Assembly (NCBI GenBank): GCA_045837725.1
Contig: JBEWZL010000209.1
Location: forward strand, 310,001-374,000
From: Vermamoeba vermiformis
Taxonomy: Eukaryota
Reading direction: 5' to 3'
Length of the DNA stretch: 64,000 nucleotides
Every line of letters begins with the position of its first letter. Within the stretch, counting starts at the first letter, position 1. Below, in pieces: positions 38,697 to 52,300 of this stretch. Position numbers and translations under genes: made by a program. The notes under the pieces are model-generated. The model made no database searches. It worked only from the letters and a program-made list of their open reading frames with translations, and was not told the origin of the DNA.

Positions 38697-41480
38697 TTAG
38701 ATCGGATCTGAATTGGAGTACGACGAATCGTCCTCGTCATCTGATGTAATCAGCCTTCGCTTAAGTTCGTTGTTTTCTCTCTTAAGAATTTCATTTTGCT
38801 GCTTCAGCTGTTCATTTTCCTCGTGCAATTTTCTTGTATTCGAGATCAACTTCCCTAGTTCTCCGTCGATGGATGATAATCCAGACGACATGTAGCTCGT
38901 ATTATTCGGCTCATAAGAAGATACCCTAACGGAACTTTCCTGTTGGGAGTGATGTTGCTCTTTTTGTTTCGCGGATCCCATGCGAGATCTAGCCTTTTGA
39001 TGAATGGCTCTATTGATCTCCAAGTCATTTCGAAGCCGCAGCTCTTCATCAGTGTACTTGAACGTGAGGTAAATCTTTGGCACGAAGATTAAGCCCAGGG
39101 CCATGTTTGTCAAGAACAAAATTCCCACGCAAACTACGACGAACTTCGCCATCGGATCCTCTACAAACATGATAGCAAGGACGAACGCAGCAGCCAAACC
39201 GAAGTTGTACATCTATATAGGGTATAAGAGTGATGAAGACAACGGGATAGCAATACGTACCGCCAAGCCAATGTATTTTGCTTCCGCGTAAAGTGTCAAC
39301 TTCACGTAGCTAATCAAAACGGATATGACAATTCCCACGATGACAAGCGCAGCCTAAGTATAGCGTATGAGCAACTGACATTATGAATGTAAAGTATTAC
39401 GTACGTTGTAGACTAGCAAAGCAACTCCAATGCCGTAGTGGAAACTGCAGAAGTTGTATTCGATCGTGCCATTCGCAATGTAGTCGTAAGCAGGCGGATC
39501 CAAAATTTGTCCTATGATTAGCAACAGCCACTCGCCAATCAAGATCATAAAGACAATCAGTCCGACATCCTTGTCCGTGTACTTCACGATCTTCAGTGAC
39601 CGGTTGCTGAGTACCAAGTAGATCCTTCCATTTTTGGCAAACAAGCTACCAAATAGCGTGCCAAATCCTGTCGCTAAAGTCCATGCAAAGACCGCACAGC
39701 CAATGTCGGTTAAAGTTGAGAACGCGACAACTGACGCGTACATCAACATGCCTCCAACGCACATCGTAATCAAGAACGTTCTACTAGCAGCAATCATCAC
39801 CTTTGTGTTACGTCTGTTTAATGGCAGTTAGTTATGAATTGCAGGAGTAAAGTTTGGGTGTCCGATCTACTTACTTTACGATTACTGAAATCAAGTAGAA
39901 GATGGCCAAAGATACTGACACCGCTGTGATTACATACATAGCGGTAGTGGTAGACTGGTCTATGATTCTAAAGTTCACTAAAGGAAACACGAGTTAATGC
40001 TGGACCTTGTAAATATCGAGTGAGGCACGTACCTGGCAAGATCCAAAATGACCATGTAGCTTCGTTTTGCTTGACCCAGCTGCACGCTACATCGAAGAAG
40101 GAGGCTCCGTTGTATGTCTCATTCAATAGGGCCGTTGTGGTGTCGGTGGTCAGAGTAAATGATTGCAAGAAGTACACGCTCGCAGAGGAGTACGCATTCA
40201 ATCCTGCCCAATACAGCTTCGACAAAATGTCTGCGCGGTGATAATAGTCTTCAAGGAAGCAAGTTAATTCATGTCTCTAATGAAATATAATGATTACGTA
40301 CTCATCATTGGAAAACCAAGTCTGAAAAGTTGAAGTTCTTGGGCGAGTGGATGCGGGCTCCAAAAATAAAACAACATCGGTTCTCTTCGTTCATGAGCCT
40401 CTCTTATACGTGCCATATGATTCGCTTCTCCGCCCAACTCAACTACAGTGAGATTGTAGCCCATATCCTCGATGATCTTGAAATCGCTCACGGACCAGTA
40501 CAAGTAAGGCGTGTAGTACGTGTTGTTGAAGTAAGCCGCAATTGTCTCGTTGAAATTGCCCCAATAGACGCTCGGATAAACATCCAGAACGTATGACGGA
40601 ACATACCAACCTGGTGACACGTGTCATCAGTAAAATGCAACAAAACTGCACGGCAAAAAACAAACTGATTGAATTTTTTCCGGTTGTACTATTATGGTAA
40701 TCAAGTTTAAATTAGTAACAATTCGCTTAAATTTTAACGAGATTGTTTCAAACGTTAAAAATTTCACAATTAATTAATTCTGAAAATTGCAATTCATCTG
40801 TTAATAATGTGAAATAGAGCCGTGACGGTCATAAATTAATTCATAAAATGGTGGGAGTCCCGTGGTTAGATCAATTAAATCCAGCTTACCAACTTGACCA
40901 ACTACACCTAAAGGTCCGCCATTCAAAACTGCTTGTCTCTTAACAACATATTCTTTATAGTAATCGTGCGGGCTGCTTGTCCTATTGATTCAAATTCGGG
41001 TTAAAAATAGCTGACAGCGGATGTCTCGTGCGGCCAAATTTAGCTCGCTGAAAAAGCGCTCGGGATGATTATTAATATGTGTGAATAATAATTACCAATA
41101 TTCTAAGCTTGCGTGTAAACTTCCGTTCGCTAACTGCTCCCACATATCCGCTGTACCTATATCCACTAGGGATGTCTGTATCCCGACTACCTCCGTCAAT
41201 AATATTCGGGCAATATTTACATTTATTTTCGAGCTAGCCCATTGATTTTGAACTAGTCTAATTGGATTTCTATAATCATAGCCTACATTTTTTAAATTGG
41301 AATTAGATCTGATTAGAACACGCGCCAAATCAATTTTTAATTACCATAGACTGCCGAGCGATTTAAACACCTAATTGCTGGATAATTTGTGCTGACCGGA
41401 GTTTCAGTTGTATTGTATGTTTGAGCGAGGCACCATCCTGAATACCAAAGTAAAAATATGAATATTACTTTGGGCACCAT
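38697..41480 (-). CDS. Class C GPCR with OpuAC/ProX-like ectodomain (paralog of 16011-19115)
   Basis: Signal peptide; NQWASSKINVNIARILLTEVVG, LHASLEYW, GWYVPSYV, PMLFYFWSPHPL, FGSLFAKNGRIY, IFVPKI; C-terminal coiled coil; exon layout matches the paralog. Confidence 0.85.
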
Positions 41481-41848
41481 TTGAAGAATAATATTATATT
41501 GTGTTATATCATTGTTTACAATCGATTTTAATACATAAATCACGAAATTTTTACCTTATTGCCATGTTTGTAAAAACGGACTAATCCTTCCGGATGCTTG
41601 TTCGGATACCGATAAGGACTTTTGCCAGTCATTATTCCCTCTCTAATAATGATGCATTTAAAGAGGAAATTTTCGAAGGTTATTGCTTCAGACCTCCGAG
41701 CAGACAAATTTAGTTCGGATTTCAATTTTCCTTTTGTCAAACTACAACCAATAACGCGAACCACATCTTATTAATGCTGTTCTCGTACAAAATAAAAGCC
41801 AGCGCGTTTGGAGCGCAGTACTTGGCTATTGTGGATTCAGCACAGCAG

Positions 41849-43736
41849 ATGAAAGCTCTTGAGCTTCGGTATAACAAAACAGCCGATCTACCAATACGAA
41901 GAGATATAATATTGTGCGATAAGCCTATTCCTATGACACAGGGCGATGAAATTCTAATCAAAGTGAAAGCTGCATCCATTAACAGCGTAGATGTCGAGTT
42001 TTACAAAAAGCCTTCTTTGAAAAATTATTTAGGGTACACCAAGCGACCACCATATATTATGGGTAAATATTAATTGCCAAACAACCTTCAGAATAATTTT
42101 CTGGATATTATTTTGTCGATCCAATTTTTCTTTTATTAACTTGGCGTTTGTTGCATCCTATTATGCTTTCGTCAACAGTCTAATATAATTTATGAATTAT
42201 TGTAACTAAGGAACTGATTTTTCGATACAACAGGTCGTGATTTCAGCGGTGAAGTCGTGGGCCTCGGACCAAATGCCTCAAAATTCAAGGTACCTTGCAA
42301 CCAAACAACAATTTCAAAGTTATTTCTTATAATAATGACTTATATTAATAGGTTGGCGATGAAGTTTTCGGCTTTGTATCGCTGCACAGCAAAAGCACAG
42401 GCGGAAGTTTCGCGCAGTACTGCAAAGTGACGGAAAAAGCTGTGGCACTCAAGCCTTCGAACTTAACTCATATACAAGGTATTCATATAATTAATATTTA
42501 TGCACTTACGACTTTTGCATTTATCAGCTAGCTGATCAACAAACAAAATTTTTTTGCTGATCGCGATCTTGCGCGCACATAAACTATCAGCATTCAAGTC
42601 TTATATGGGTAGATACGTATTAATCCTATTTTACCTCTATAGCTGCAGCGCTCCCGTGGTGTGGCTTTGCTGCCTGGCAAGGCATTTATAGCAAACAACT
42701 CGCGCAAGTTGCTGGTGAAAAAGTACTCGTACTCGGCGCATCAGGAGGATTAGGTAACATTATATTATACCTCATAGACTTTTTTCGTCGTTCATATAGA
42801 CCTACATTATCGAAATTTGCTGTGGATAGTCATTAATCAAAAAAAATTAAGATTTTGTTTTGAAATTAGGCACAATTTTCTGACCGTATTAATTAAATTA
42901 TTATTACCATATTAGGCAGTATGTGCGCGCAAATCTTACAGAATGTTCTGCATGCATCCGTAGTGGCTACAATGCACAAAGATAATCGACCGAAGGCCAT
43001 GAAAGAAGGTTATTATATGATCCTCGATACTAACGATGAAGAAGATATGTCGCTATTAAAAGAACGCGATTTTGATATTTTAATTGACGCAACAACTGAT
43101 GGCGTGAAGGAAAATGAATGGAACAAATACGTCATGTACGGTACGTACTCTCTAATGAAAATTTAAGCCGTCGCAAAGGCGAATTATATCTTACATAATA
43201 ACATGACGCTATTAATCATGATTGCAAACGAATTTTTTTCGCATGATCAGATCACTGAGATTCGTTTCGTCCACATGCATTTGGTTTACTTCAGTCATTT
43301 TGCTGATTTAGCCTTTTCTCATCGTACACTTTGCATAATAACAGTGTAATAATGTATTTTATGTGCAGGTGGTCGATACGTTCGCTTCCAAGGAGTAGAT
43401 CCAACAACAGTCGGGGATGAAAATGAAAACAACTTTTTTATAAATTTAGCTTCTGCGCTCCATTCAATAGCAACGCGATGGACGAGTGTACTCACTAACG
43501 GGGTGCATACGAAGAGATATTTCTTCTTCGACCACAATCCGGAGATTATTGGCACGCAACTTGATATTGTTAGGTACATGGCTGAACAAAAAAGAATCAC
43601 GCCTATTATCGACTCTGTATATAATATTGAAGATTATGTAGCTGCTATTGAAAGGTTTCAGCAGCGGAACGGTGTCAAGTACGGAAAAGTCGTTCTGAAA
43701 ATAACAGACGATGCAGACCAAATAAAGCCTTCATAA
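41849..43736 (+). CDS. MDR-family NAD(P)H quinone oxidoreductase-like (RTN4IP1-like)
   Basis: ILIKVKAASINSVD, GRDFSGEVVGLG...FKVGDEVFG, AAALP, VLVLGASGGLG, GKVVL. Confidence 0.88.
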
Positions 43737-43939
43737 GAAACAATATATATCACTAAGCGTTAATAAGTTGTATAGTGGTGCTAAAATCGATAAACTAGCG
43801 CTTCTAGTAGCTTCTCAAGCACGTGATTCTCAGATCGACCTCCAATTTCTTCGCAATCCCAAAAATATACGAGAATGTTCACCGTACACACTTTTAGGAT
43901 AAATATCATGTCGCTTTTTAGTTTTGTTGTGAAAAGAAA

Positions 43940-46900
43940 ATGATTTCCACAGCTGGCCAAACTCGTAGTTTTGCAATACTTTTCTTGGTTGCATTGTGCT
44001 CGCTTTTGATCCAAGTCGCAAGCACCGAAGATATAATTTGGTACACAGGTTCAAGCGATTACTCTACCGGACATAAATATGCCTGGCAAGGAACCACAGA
44101 TGGAAAAAGCGCGCCAGAATTGTTGATTGCAAGTGTTATCAATCAACCTTGGTTGGTCGCAATAAGCAAATCAAAAAATATCATTTATTGGACTGACAAT
44201 AAAGGAGTTATTGGAGCATGGTAAGTTATTTATTTAAATTTGACAGGATTTAGATTTGGATCTGATCGCTCCATTTAACTCTGTTTGCCTTCAGGAATAT
44301 ATCGTCGCAACAACCTAGCATTGTTCATCAATTTAATATCGGTAATTGGGATGAATACTCAAATGGCCCAGCATTGACGGGCATTGACGTGGATGAGCTC
44401 AACAATCATCTCTACTTCACCTTTAATCAGTCCATCTATCGATTAGACATCTCTCAGATGAATCCTTCTCCATTATTGATCGCATCATACGGTAACAAGG
44501 TATTCAATCCTCGTTTCAGTGCTTCACGAAACTCGTTGTTCTTCTGCCTTCGAAACAACTTCAAAGAGCAGGGTAAGATTATATTAGGGCGACGATTTTA
44601 TGAACAATAAGCGCTAATTATATTGCTGAAGGTGACTTGGTTCAAGTGTCGCTGTCAGATCCGACAACAATCACCACATTGGTTTACAATACGAGCACTG
44701 GCAGCATTGTGCAACAGTTGTTTATTGACGACACTACAAACACACTGTACTACAACAGTCCTGGTACACTAACAATGTTTGGTGTGAGTTTGACAGCGCC
44801 ATACCAACAAGTGTTCAAGTCGATCTACCTCAGCACCAACCCCACCTTTTTTGATTTCAATCCAACAACCACCACGTTCATCTTTGGCAATTTACGTTTT
44901 ACTAGTGCAAGCAAGTGGTCTTTGGGTCCGAATTCACCTACTACAATCTACCAACCTTCTTATGGTCGCGTGACAGGTGTCAAATTTTTCAATGACACGC
45001 ACGCTCTTGTCGTCTATCAGTACCCAGGCAATTCAGCCAATCCCGGCGAAGGATCCCTGAATCTCGTCAACCTTAACAACCCGAACGACACCTCGGTTCT
45101 ACTGCACAACTTTGGCATGGGCGCATCGCTCCTTTTTGACGAGAAGTACTGCGACTTCTATTACTTCGCCAATCATCATCACTCGTCCAGTACGGATCAA
45201 CGAATTCTCCGCAAGAACATTAAAGCGGTAGAACCGAGTATCTACCAAAGCGAGGTCACAAGCAATTACAACGGTATGAGCGGAATTACTCTCGATGTCA
45301 ACAAACGAAATCTCATCGTTGCCAGCTCCCAAAGTAAGTTTTGTTTACAAAAGTTGAAGTGAATATGACGTATCTTACTTACTCAAGCTTATTTCTAGAT
45401 GCATCGAACACAATAAGCTATTTTCCTATTGACAAGCCAGGAGCGCCTTCAGTTCCAATAATTGATTCTAAAGGCAGGTCTATTGGTGGTTACGTTGTAA
45501 ATGACAAGTAAGTTTCTCATTATTCGTACCAGAAAGGTTTGACCTAATGATATAATTCATGAACAGAACTGGAGATATTTATTATATAGTATACGCCGGG
45601 TATCTCTATGATATCTATCTGTTAGAGGCCTCAGCGATTACGAAGGGTAAGAGATGCGGATCTGATCGAAGACGTACTGACGCTTTTTTGTAGACTGGAT
45701 CGATAATGTTGGACGCCTCATTATTGGAGGAATTAGAACTGTCAATACAATTAGCATGGCAGTAGATTCGGTGAATAACAAGTTCTATTTTTCAAACAAT
45801 TCGATAATCATGCAGTCAAACTTGGACGGATCTGACTTAACGACCTTTTTTACATTATTAGGTATGTATTTTTGTCTTATGCTATTGAAGTGATATAAAT
45901 AAACTAATGATTTTTTAGATAAAAATGGCAGAATAACAAGCATGAAGTGGGATCCAACCTCAAACAGACTGTTCTTCTTGGCCACGCCGAAATCGGGATG
46001 GATCATGGTCTCCGTTAATAACAATGCCTTAGATGCTATTATTACACCTCTTAATACTAGCACAAGTAGCGGCAGAGATTTGTTCTCGGTCATCAGTCCA
46101 GATCCGTTGTCAGACTGGGTCTACATGAACGCTGAATACTATTCACCTCTTCGCATCAAAAAAGATGGATCGCTAGTAGAGCCACTAAATTCATATATTC
46201 CGTTCTCTTATACTTTGGTAAGTCCCTCATTGTTTTAGATCTACAATTCTGATTTTTAACGGCGGTTCTTTTTAGGGCTCAACTGCGTTTGACGAAACAA
46301 CCGGATATCTTTATTATAATGACGTCTGCAACAAGAAAATCAACGTCTCAAACATCAATCGAAATGACGTAAGTTTTTTAAGTTTGAGACAATTTGCATT
46401 CTTTAACGAAGTTTTGCTTAGCCCAACGCAACTCCGTTTGAAACTGCATGGGATTGCGATAATGAATTTTCAAGCGCCCAGTTTGTTCATGATAGAGTCA
46501 ATAAGGTATTAGAAGATTAATCATATGTCACGGCGGTCTAATGAAATTTCAATTCAGATGTTTTGGCTGCTTCGAAGCCATCAAAATACGACCAATGTGG
46601 CCTATACAGTCGGCGTGAAATCTATCAACGGTGGACCTCCCAAACAGCTTTTTGACTTCCCGAAAAACGTTAATGGACCTTTCGCTATTGACACTACAAA
46701 AAGCAAAATGTTCGCGTATTATTTTACAACCGACCGATGGAACCAAAAGACAGATCAAGCTATCGTCATGATGGACTTGTACAACGGATCTAATTTGGGA
46801 ACGGTGAAGCATTTTACGGGCAATGACTACGCAGGATTCAGTTTGACAGCTATGACATTTGACACTCGCACAAATTTGTTGTTCTACGCATGTAAGTCCA

Positions 46901-48349
46901 ATTGAATCCTCGACAAATGTACAATACTAATGATCATATAGTGAGCTCATACGGCGGAACAGCTCTCGAAAGCTTTGACCCTGTTACGTACAAAACTAAC
47001 AGACTTTGGTCCGTGAAGAAAATGTATAATGTAAGAGACATGAAAATCAAGGGATCGTCGATTTATATGGCCAGTAAGTACAATATGAACTCTAAAAAGA
47101 ATTCATCGAATATTGATTTTTCACGCGTTAGTGTACTACGGCAATATTTTCGTCTATGACTTGAACAACGGCACTGCCACAGATTTGTTAGTAGCAGCTT
47201 CTGCCATATCACTTGATCCGAATAGCGACACGATCTATATTGCTGGATCGTTTTCCATTAGCGCCGTAAGTAGAAATTTCTTGTTGCGTAGAGAATTCTT
47301 CGTTGACACGTGTCATTTTTGTAGGCCAATGTTAATAACGTTAATGCGACACAAACTACGTTATTGAGCACTTTTACGATCACAAACATCGCTTTCGACT
47401 TTTCTAGCAGATCCACGTACTTCACTCTGCGAAGAAGTAAGTGAACTTTAGCATTAGGGTTAGGGTTTGAGATTAACTTTTTTTCTAGGCACAATTCGCA
47501 ATATTCCTCCGTACTACTATCGATCAGATTTGGACGGCAAGAACAAAAAGAAAATGCAAGTTCAAGGCGGTTTATATGTCCCTCACGAATTGCAGCAATT
47601 GAAGCTGGCCAATGGTATGTCAAACAGCAATGGACATTGCAGGAAACTTTTTCTGACATTATTAACAGGCAAATTCTATGTTGCTGATGGCAATCTCGAC
47701 ACTTTTAACCTCGACGGCAGTGGCTACACGCGAATCATGCAGACTACGAATGTACGGGGCAGAGTCAAGTACGATGATGCGTCACAACGAGTCTATTGGC
47801 AAGAAAACTATGGTCAACGGTAAGAAATGATGTCAACGGACCGAAATTGCAACACATTAATATTTTGTTTTTTTCAAAGGTTTTACAGTTGTGCAGTTTA
47901 CTCCAACAAGTACGCAGATTGCCGTGGCTACACCATGTTTGCTGAGTGGCAGTACTCTTCTATAATTCAATTGCCAAGCTTCGTTATTGGTAACAATGGC
48001 ATGGTTTATTTCACGGCACAATATAATAGAGCAATCTACCAAATGGATTTGAACATCGTGAGTTGACACATCAAAGTGAAATTTCACGGAAACTAATTTT
48101 TCTTTTAAGGGCCAACCTTCACTTAAAGTACTCGTTACAGACCCGCGATTAAGTAACGTGTATGCCATTGCTACGGACAAAGCCAGATCAGCATTATTTG
48201 TGACGACCATTCCATCAGCAACTCCCTCAGTGTTGCGCGTGGGATTTGACGGAACAATTACGACCTTATATGCGAATATTGCCTCGCCATATGGTCTGTT
48301 AATAACTGATTTAAGTCAATGTTCGAACAGAATTTCCAGGCTTTTCTGA
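43940..48349 (+). CDS. Large secreted beta-propeller protein with YWTD/LDLR-class-B-like blades, many introns
   Basis: Signal peptide; IIYWTD, GIDVD...HLYFT, QSNLDGS, YRSDLDG, RVYWQE, PYGLLI; no TM segment seen. Confidence 0.75.
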
Positions 48350-48509
48350 GCAGAATACAAGACCTTGCACCCCTCCAAGTTTAAATTTTGTCTTAAAATT
48401 GTATCTCTTTAATTAAATGACAGTGGTTCAACTTTATTATACTAGTTTAGGCGTGTACAACCAGGAAATGTAGTCCAGTACTCCAACTAGAGAGTTCAAA
48501 CGCACTTCA

Positions 48510-48650
48510 TTAAGCGTCTAGAGCCTTGCAAGGGTACAAAACCTCTTGAGTAGTGGTAGTGGAGCCGTCCGGGCAGATTTGAGGAGTGCCTGGAGATAAT
48601 TTGTTGATCAACGCATCGTGGTCGGCTTGCAAACTTTGAGACGAACCCAT
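48510..48650 (-). CDS. 46-aa microprotein with N-myristoylation motif
   Basis: MGSSQS start, CA-rich leader, upstream TATA-like element, double stop TAA TGA. Confidence 0.55.
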   Translation of the reverse strand: MGSSQSLQADHDALINKLSPGTPQICPDGSTTTTQEVLYPCKALDA

Positions 48651-48714
48651 TGCTGTGTTGTGTTGTTGTTGCTGATGTTTGGTGCTAATGTAAAATATTC
48701 GTACCCAAACCAAG

Positions 48715-48723
48715 CTATTTATG
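48715..48723 (-). promoter_or_regulatory. Putative TATA-like element CATAAATAG
   Basis: About 70 nt upstream of ATG 48650; identical to 6895-6903. Confidence 0.4.
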
Positions 48724-49315
48724 TGCGGCGCGGGAGCGGAGCTTCAGCTTCTTGCGCGCTGATTGGTCGAACTCACCGCAGTTCTGATTAGCTGAACATT
48801 CCTTTGGAGATTCCACCGAAGGAAGATGGTATATTTCATTTTCATAATACATAATGCAACGAGTTCAGCGTGTGAACACTCATAAGAGTTCTTATAATGC
48901 CTTTGGTTGACAAGGTGTTCCCTGACAAGACTCAACAAGATCAACATCTTCGGCTTCTGTCTTGTAATGAATTGGGTGAGCGGAAATTGTCAGCACGCTG
49001 TTACGGCAACAAAGCACATTACCATGACATACGTACCCCTTCATAAGAGTCATTCCAATAGTAAGTAGAGCAGGTTTCTTTTTATTTTCGTAGAATCTCG
49101 TATCTTTACGAATTTGCTTTTTTCATTATTCTATTTTTGGATTAAATCCTTTTCGAGCTGTTTCAAAATATCATCGGTTTTGCAAAAAGAAAGACAAATG
49201 ACATTATTGGGCATGTGCTCCTGGCTGTGAACCTCAAGTTAAATCGATACCGGCCACCGCAAGTAAAATTTAATGTTTTTACTCATAACTGGAGTTTCTA
49301 AAATACTAATTTTAT

Positions 49316-52300
49316 TCACCACAAATTGAATCTAGACCGAATGGCAATAGGAATGGCCTTCAATTGCTCTTCGGTGTAATTTGCATTATTCTTCGACGCT
49401 TCAATTCCCGCGAGTTGTTCTAGGGACAAGTACGGTTTGAGCGATGACAAGTCAAGTGTGAAAATATCACTCGAGAACCACATTTGGCTAGCAATAGCGC
49501 CTCCAAATATCGCCAAGGTTGTTCCATGCACCGCAAGACTGGCGTAATAGAACGGAAATTTGTTTTGTGAAATTTCATTGATAACTTTTTGCTTTGCTTC
49601 TTCGTACTGAGCTGGTTCGTGTTTGCGGCATAAATCGATTGTTTGGCCATGGAGCTGTTCATAGTGGCGATCTTCAGGCATTGAATAACCTTTGAAATCA
49701 AATTCAATGTCGTGAAAACTGCTCACGCCAGAGTCTATTAAAAAAATATCTTTAGTCTTTGCCATAATTTACGGTTCAATAACATACCCAAATCCAAAAT
49801 TAGCAATTTGACCTTCGGCTCATCGTTGCTGCTGTCTCGAACAAGAGCTAAAATGAATCGATCGCCAAAGCTAACGATAAACGACAAAAAATCCATGGTG
49901 GCTGGAAGTGTAGTTGATTTTAACCAGCGTCTTTTTTCTAATAAATAACAAATCAAATTAGTTTCATGCCTCGCAAATTTGATCGAACTAAAATCATACC
50001 GAGATTCATCGTAAAGATCGTTCGTTGATTTTTCACCCAAAAAGAATTCCTGGCAAATATACTAACATCATACAGTACTATTAGTAGCGAAAAGTAAGAG
50101 AACGCTTCAAGTAACGTACATTGCGTGTTGATAAGTCAAAGTATTAAAATCCATGTCGCCCTGGTCCACATGGAACGAGTCAAATCGACTTTTGGCCTTA
50201 TCATAAACTCCCAACGAATCTGTTAGAGGGTACAACAACCTGACAACAAATATTGCATTAATTCGCGAACTTGCCTTTTTTGGATAAATCGGACATTCGA
50301 CTTACCGATCGCCAAAATCAAACATCGGGTACTTCAATACTCGCTCTTGGACCGTTGCTGTCCTTGGTGTATGTGACCATGGATTCGATTCTTCTGACAA
50401 AAAACTCGACGTTACGACATGCCCTTATATGGTAATAAGACTTACTTTTGGGGTCCCAAATCGCGTAAGTTTCGCCTTTCGTAGTGTTGAACCAGATCTG
50501 CACCAAAAATATTATTACTATTATACTATTATGATTTCCTTATTAGTAAATATGGTACCGTAACATACTTTTCCACCGACTGGTGCGCAACTTCTTTGGT
50601 CCCATCTGTCGAGTGTAAAAGAGTTTATCCATATTTTTTCCCACGCCAAGGGTGTATCGCCTAATTAGGTAAGTGAGTTTATCGATCGAAAGTTTCATCC
50701 TGAAAGGATTGAATGAGACTTACTTAATTTAGTTCGCCAACATGTGTTCACATATTCGACTTGGAGTGCCAAAGTTACATAGCCGTACTCGTCCCACCAG
50801 TTCAAGAAGGCCGCCATTCCGCCCCAAATATAGAAATATTCTCCGATGAAGAAACACTGCGCATACCCTCTGTCATTTCAATATATGAGTAGCTGTATGT
50901 ACTACAGCTTTAATTTTGGATAAAAATTTACCTTGGGAACGGCAAGCTTTGTACTGGCTTGCTTGTGGGGAGATATTTGCATGTGAAGGAGAATGACGGC
51001 AACGACGCACTGGTGTCGAACAGCTCTTTGGCTGATAACGAGGCGACATCTACATAAAAAAAAGTCAATATTAAGCACCGGCCAATGATACTAAAGAACC
51101 GAAAATTGCCGCTACATAAAGAACGTGTAACACAATTGATATACTTGACACGTGTTAATGATCAAATTGAAGGTGAAAAATATTTTTACCTTTTGGCAGT
51201 TGACCAGCGGAATTTCTTTTTGTACGATCAGCACCGCGCTCCAATAAATGTGTCACAATTTCAACGTCTCCGCGTTCAGCCGCCAAATGAAGCGGTGTTG
51301 TTTCGCTGTCCGGATGTCCGCTGATATTTGCACCTATAAATAGCTTCTTATTAGACTTTGCATCAATTTCTCCGTTACGAACCTCTTTCCAAGAGAGCTC
51401 TAACAATTTGAATTGTTCCTTTTTGGGCTGCCAAATGTAGCGCGGTCAATCCATCTGCGTCCATCGAATCAATTTTCACGCCGTTCTGTATTCAATGAGT
51501 TATTACCAAATAAGGAAATATAGAATTTCACAATCACCGTACATCCAATAACGCATCGAAAATTTGGTTCATTTCAAGTACGTCCGTAGATTTGTTGTGA
51601 CTGTTGATCCACAAATGCAAATAACTTCCTTTTTTGGAAGTCGTTCGAGCGGCATCAGCGCCGTATTTAATATACTCAACGACGATCTAATCAATAAAAT
51701 ATGAGTACTTTAAACTTTTGAAGCGGATCTGGGTTGGTTACCTGTGGCTTCAACGAAGTAATCGCGTAATCTAAAATTGTCTCGCCAACAGAGTTCTGCA
51801 CGTTAATGTTGATTTTTGGGTGACCCAATACGCTTTCAGGAATATTTTCGTAGGTCCAATGAAGCACGTGACCTCCACCAGCCCTGCTTTGAATGTTGAT
51901 GTCCAGATCTGGATGCAGGGTCCAAATTGTCACTAGTTTCCTATTCCAGCCCCTATTCCAGTTCCTATTCGAGGTAGCGTACCATAGAGTCGGATAACCT
52001 CTAATAAATTTTAAAAATAATAAATTAATTTTCAAAAGCAAAATGTATGTGAAACGTACTGACTATCTCGTGAGTTTGGATCGAACCCGTTGCTCCACAA
52101 AAAATCTCGTAATTTTTCTATGGGCCCTTCTTTTTGATACGCCTTTGCAATATGAACTGCAATTGATTCGCTTTCGTTAACGCTCACATTCATTTCAGCT
52201 CCGAGCTTCAAACATTGCCTCAAAATATCAATCGTCTCATCTACCGTGCCCACATTGCACGCCTGTACGAATTATATGAGATAATTAATTTAATATTAAG

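Noticed and set aside
48740-49060. Possible coding remnant between the microprotein and the kelch gene
   Set aside because: No consistent frame, splice pattern or motif.
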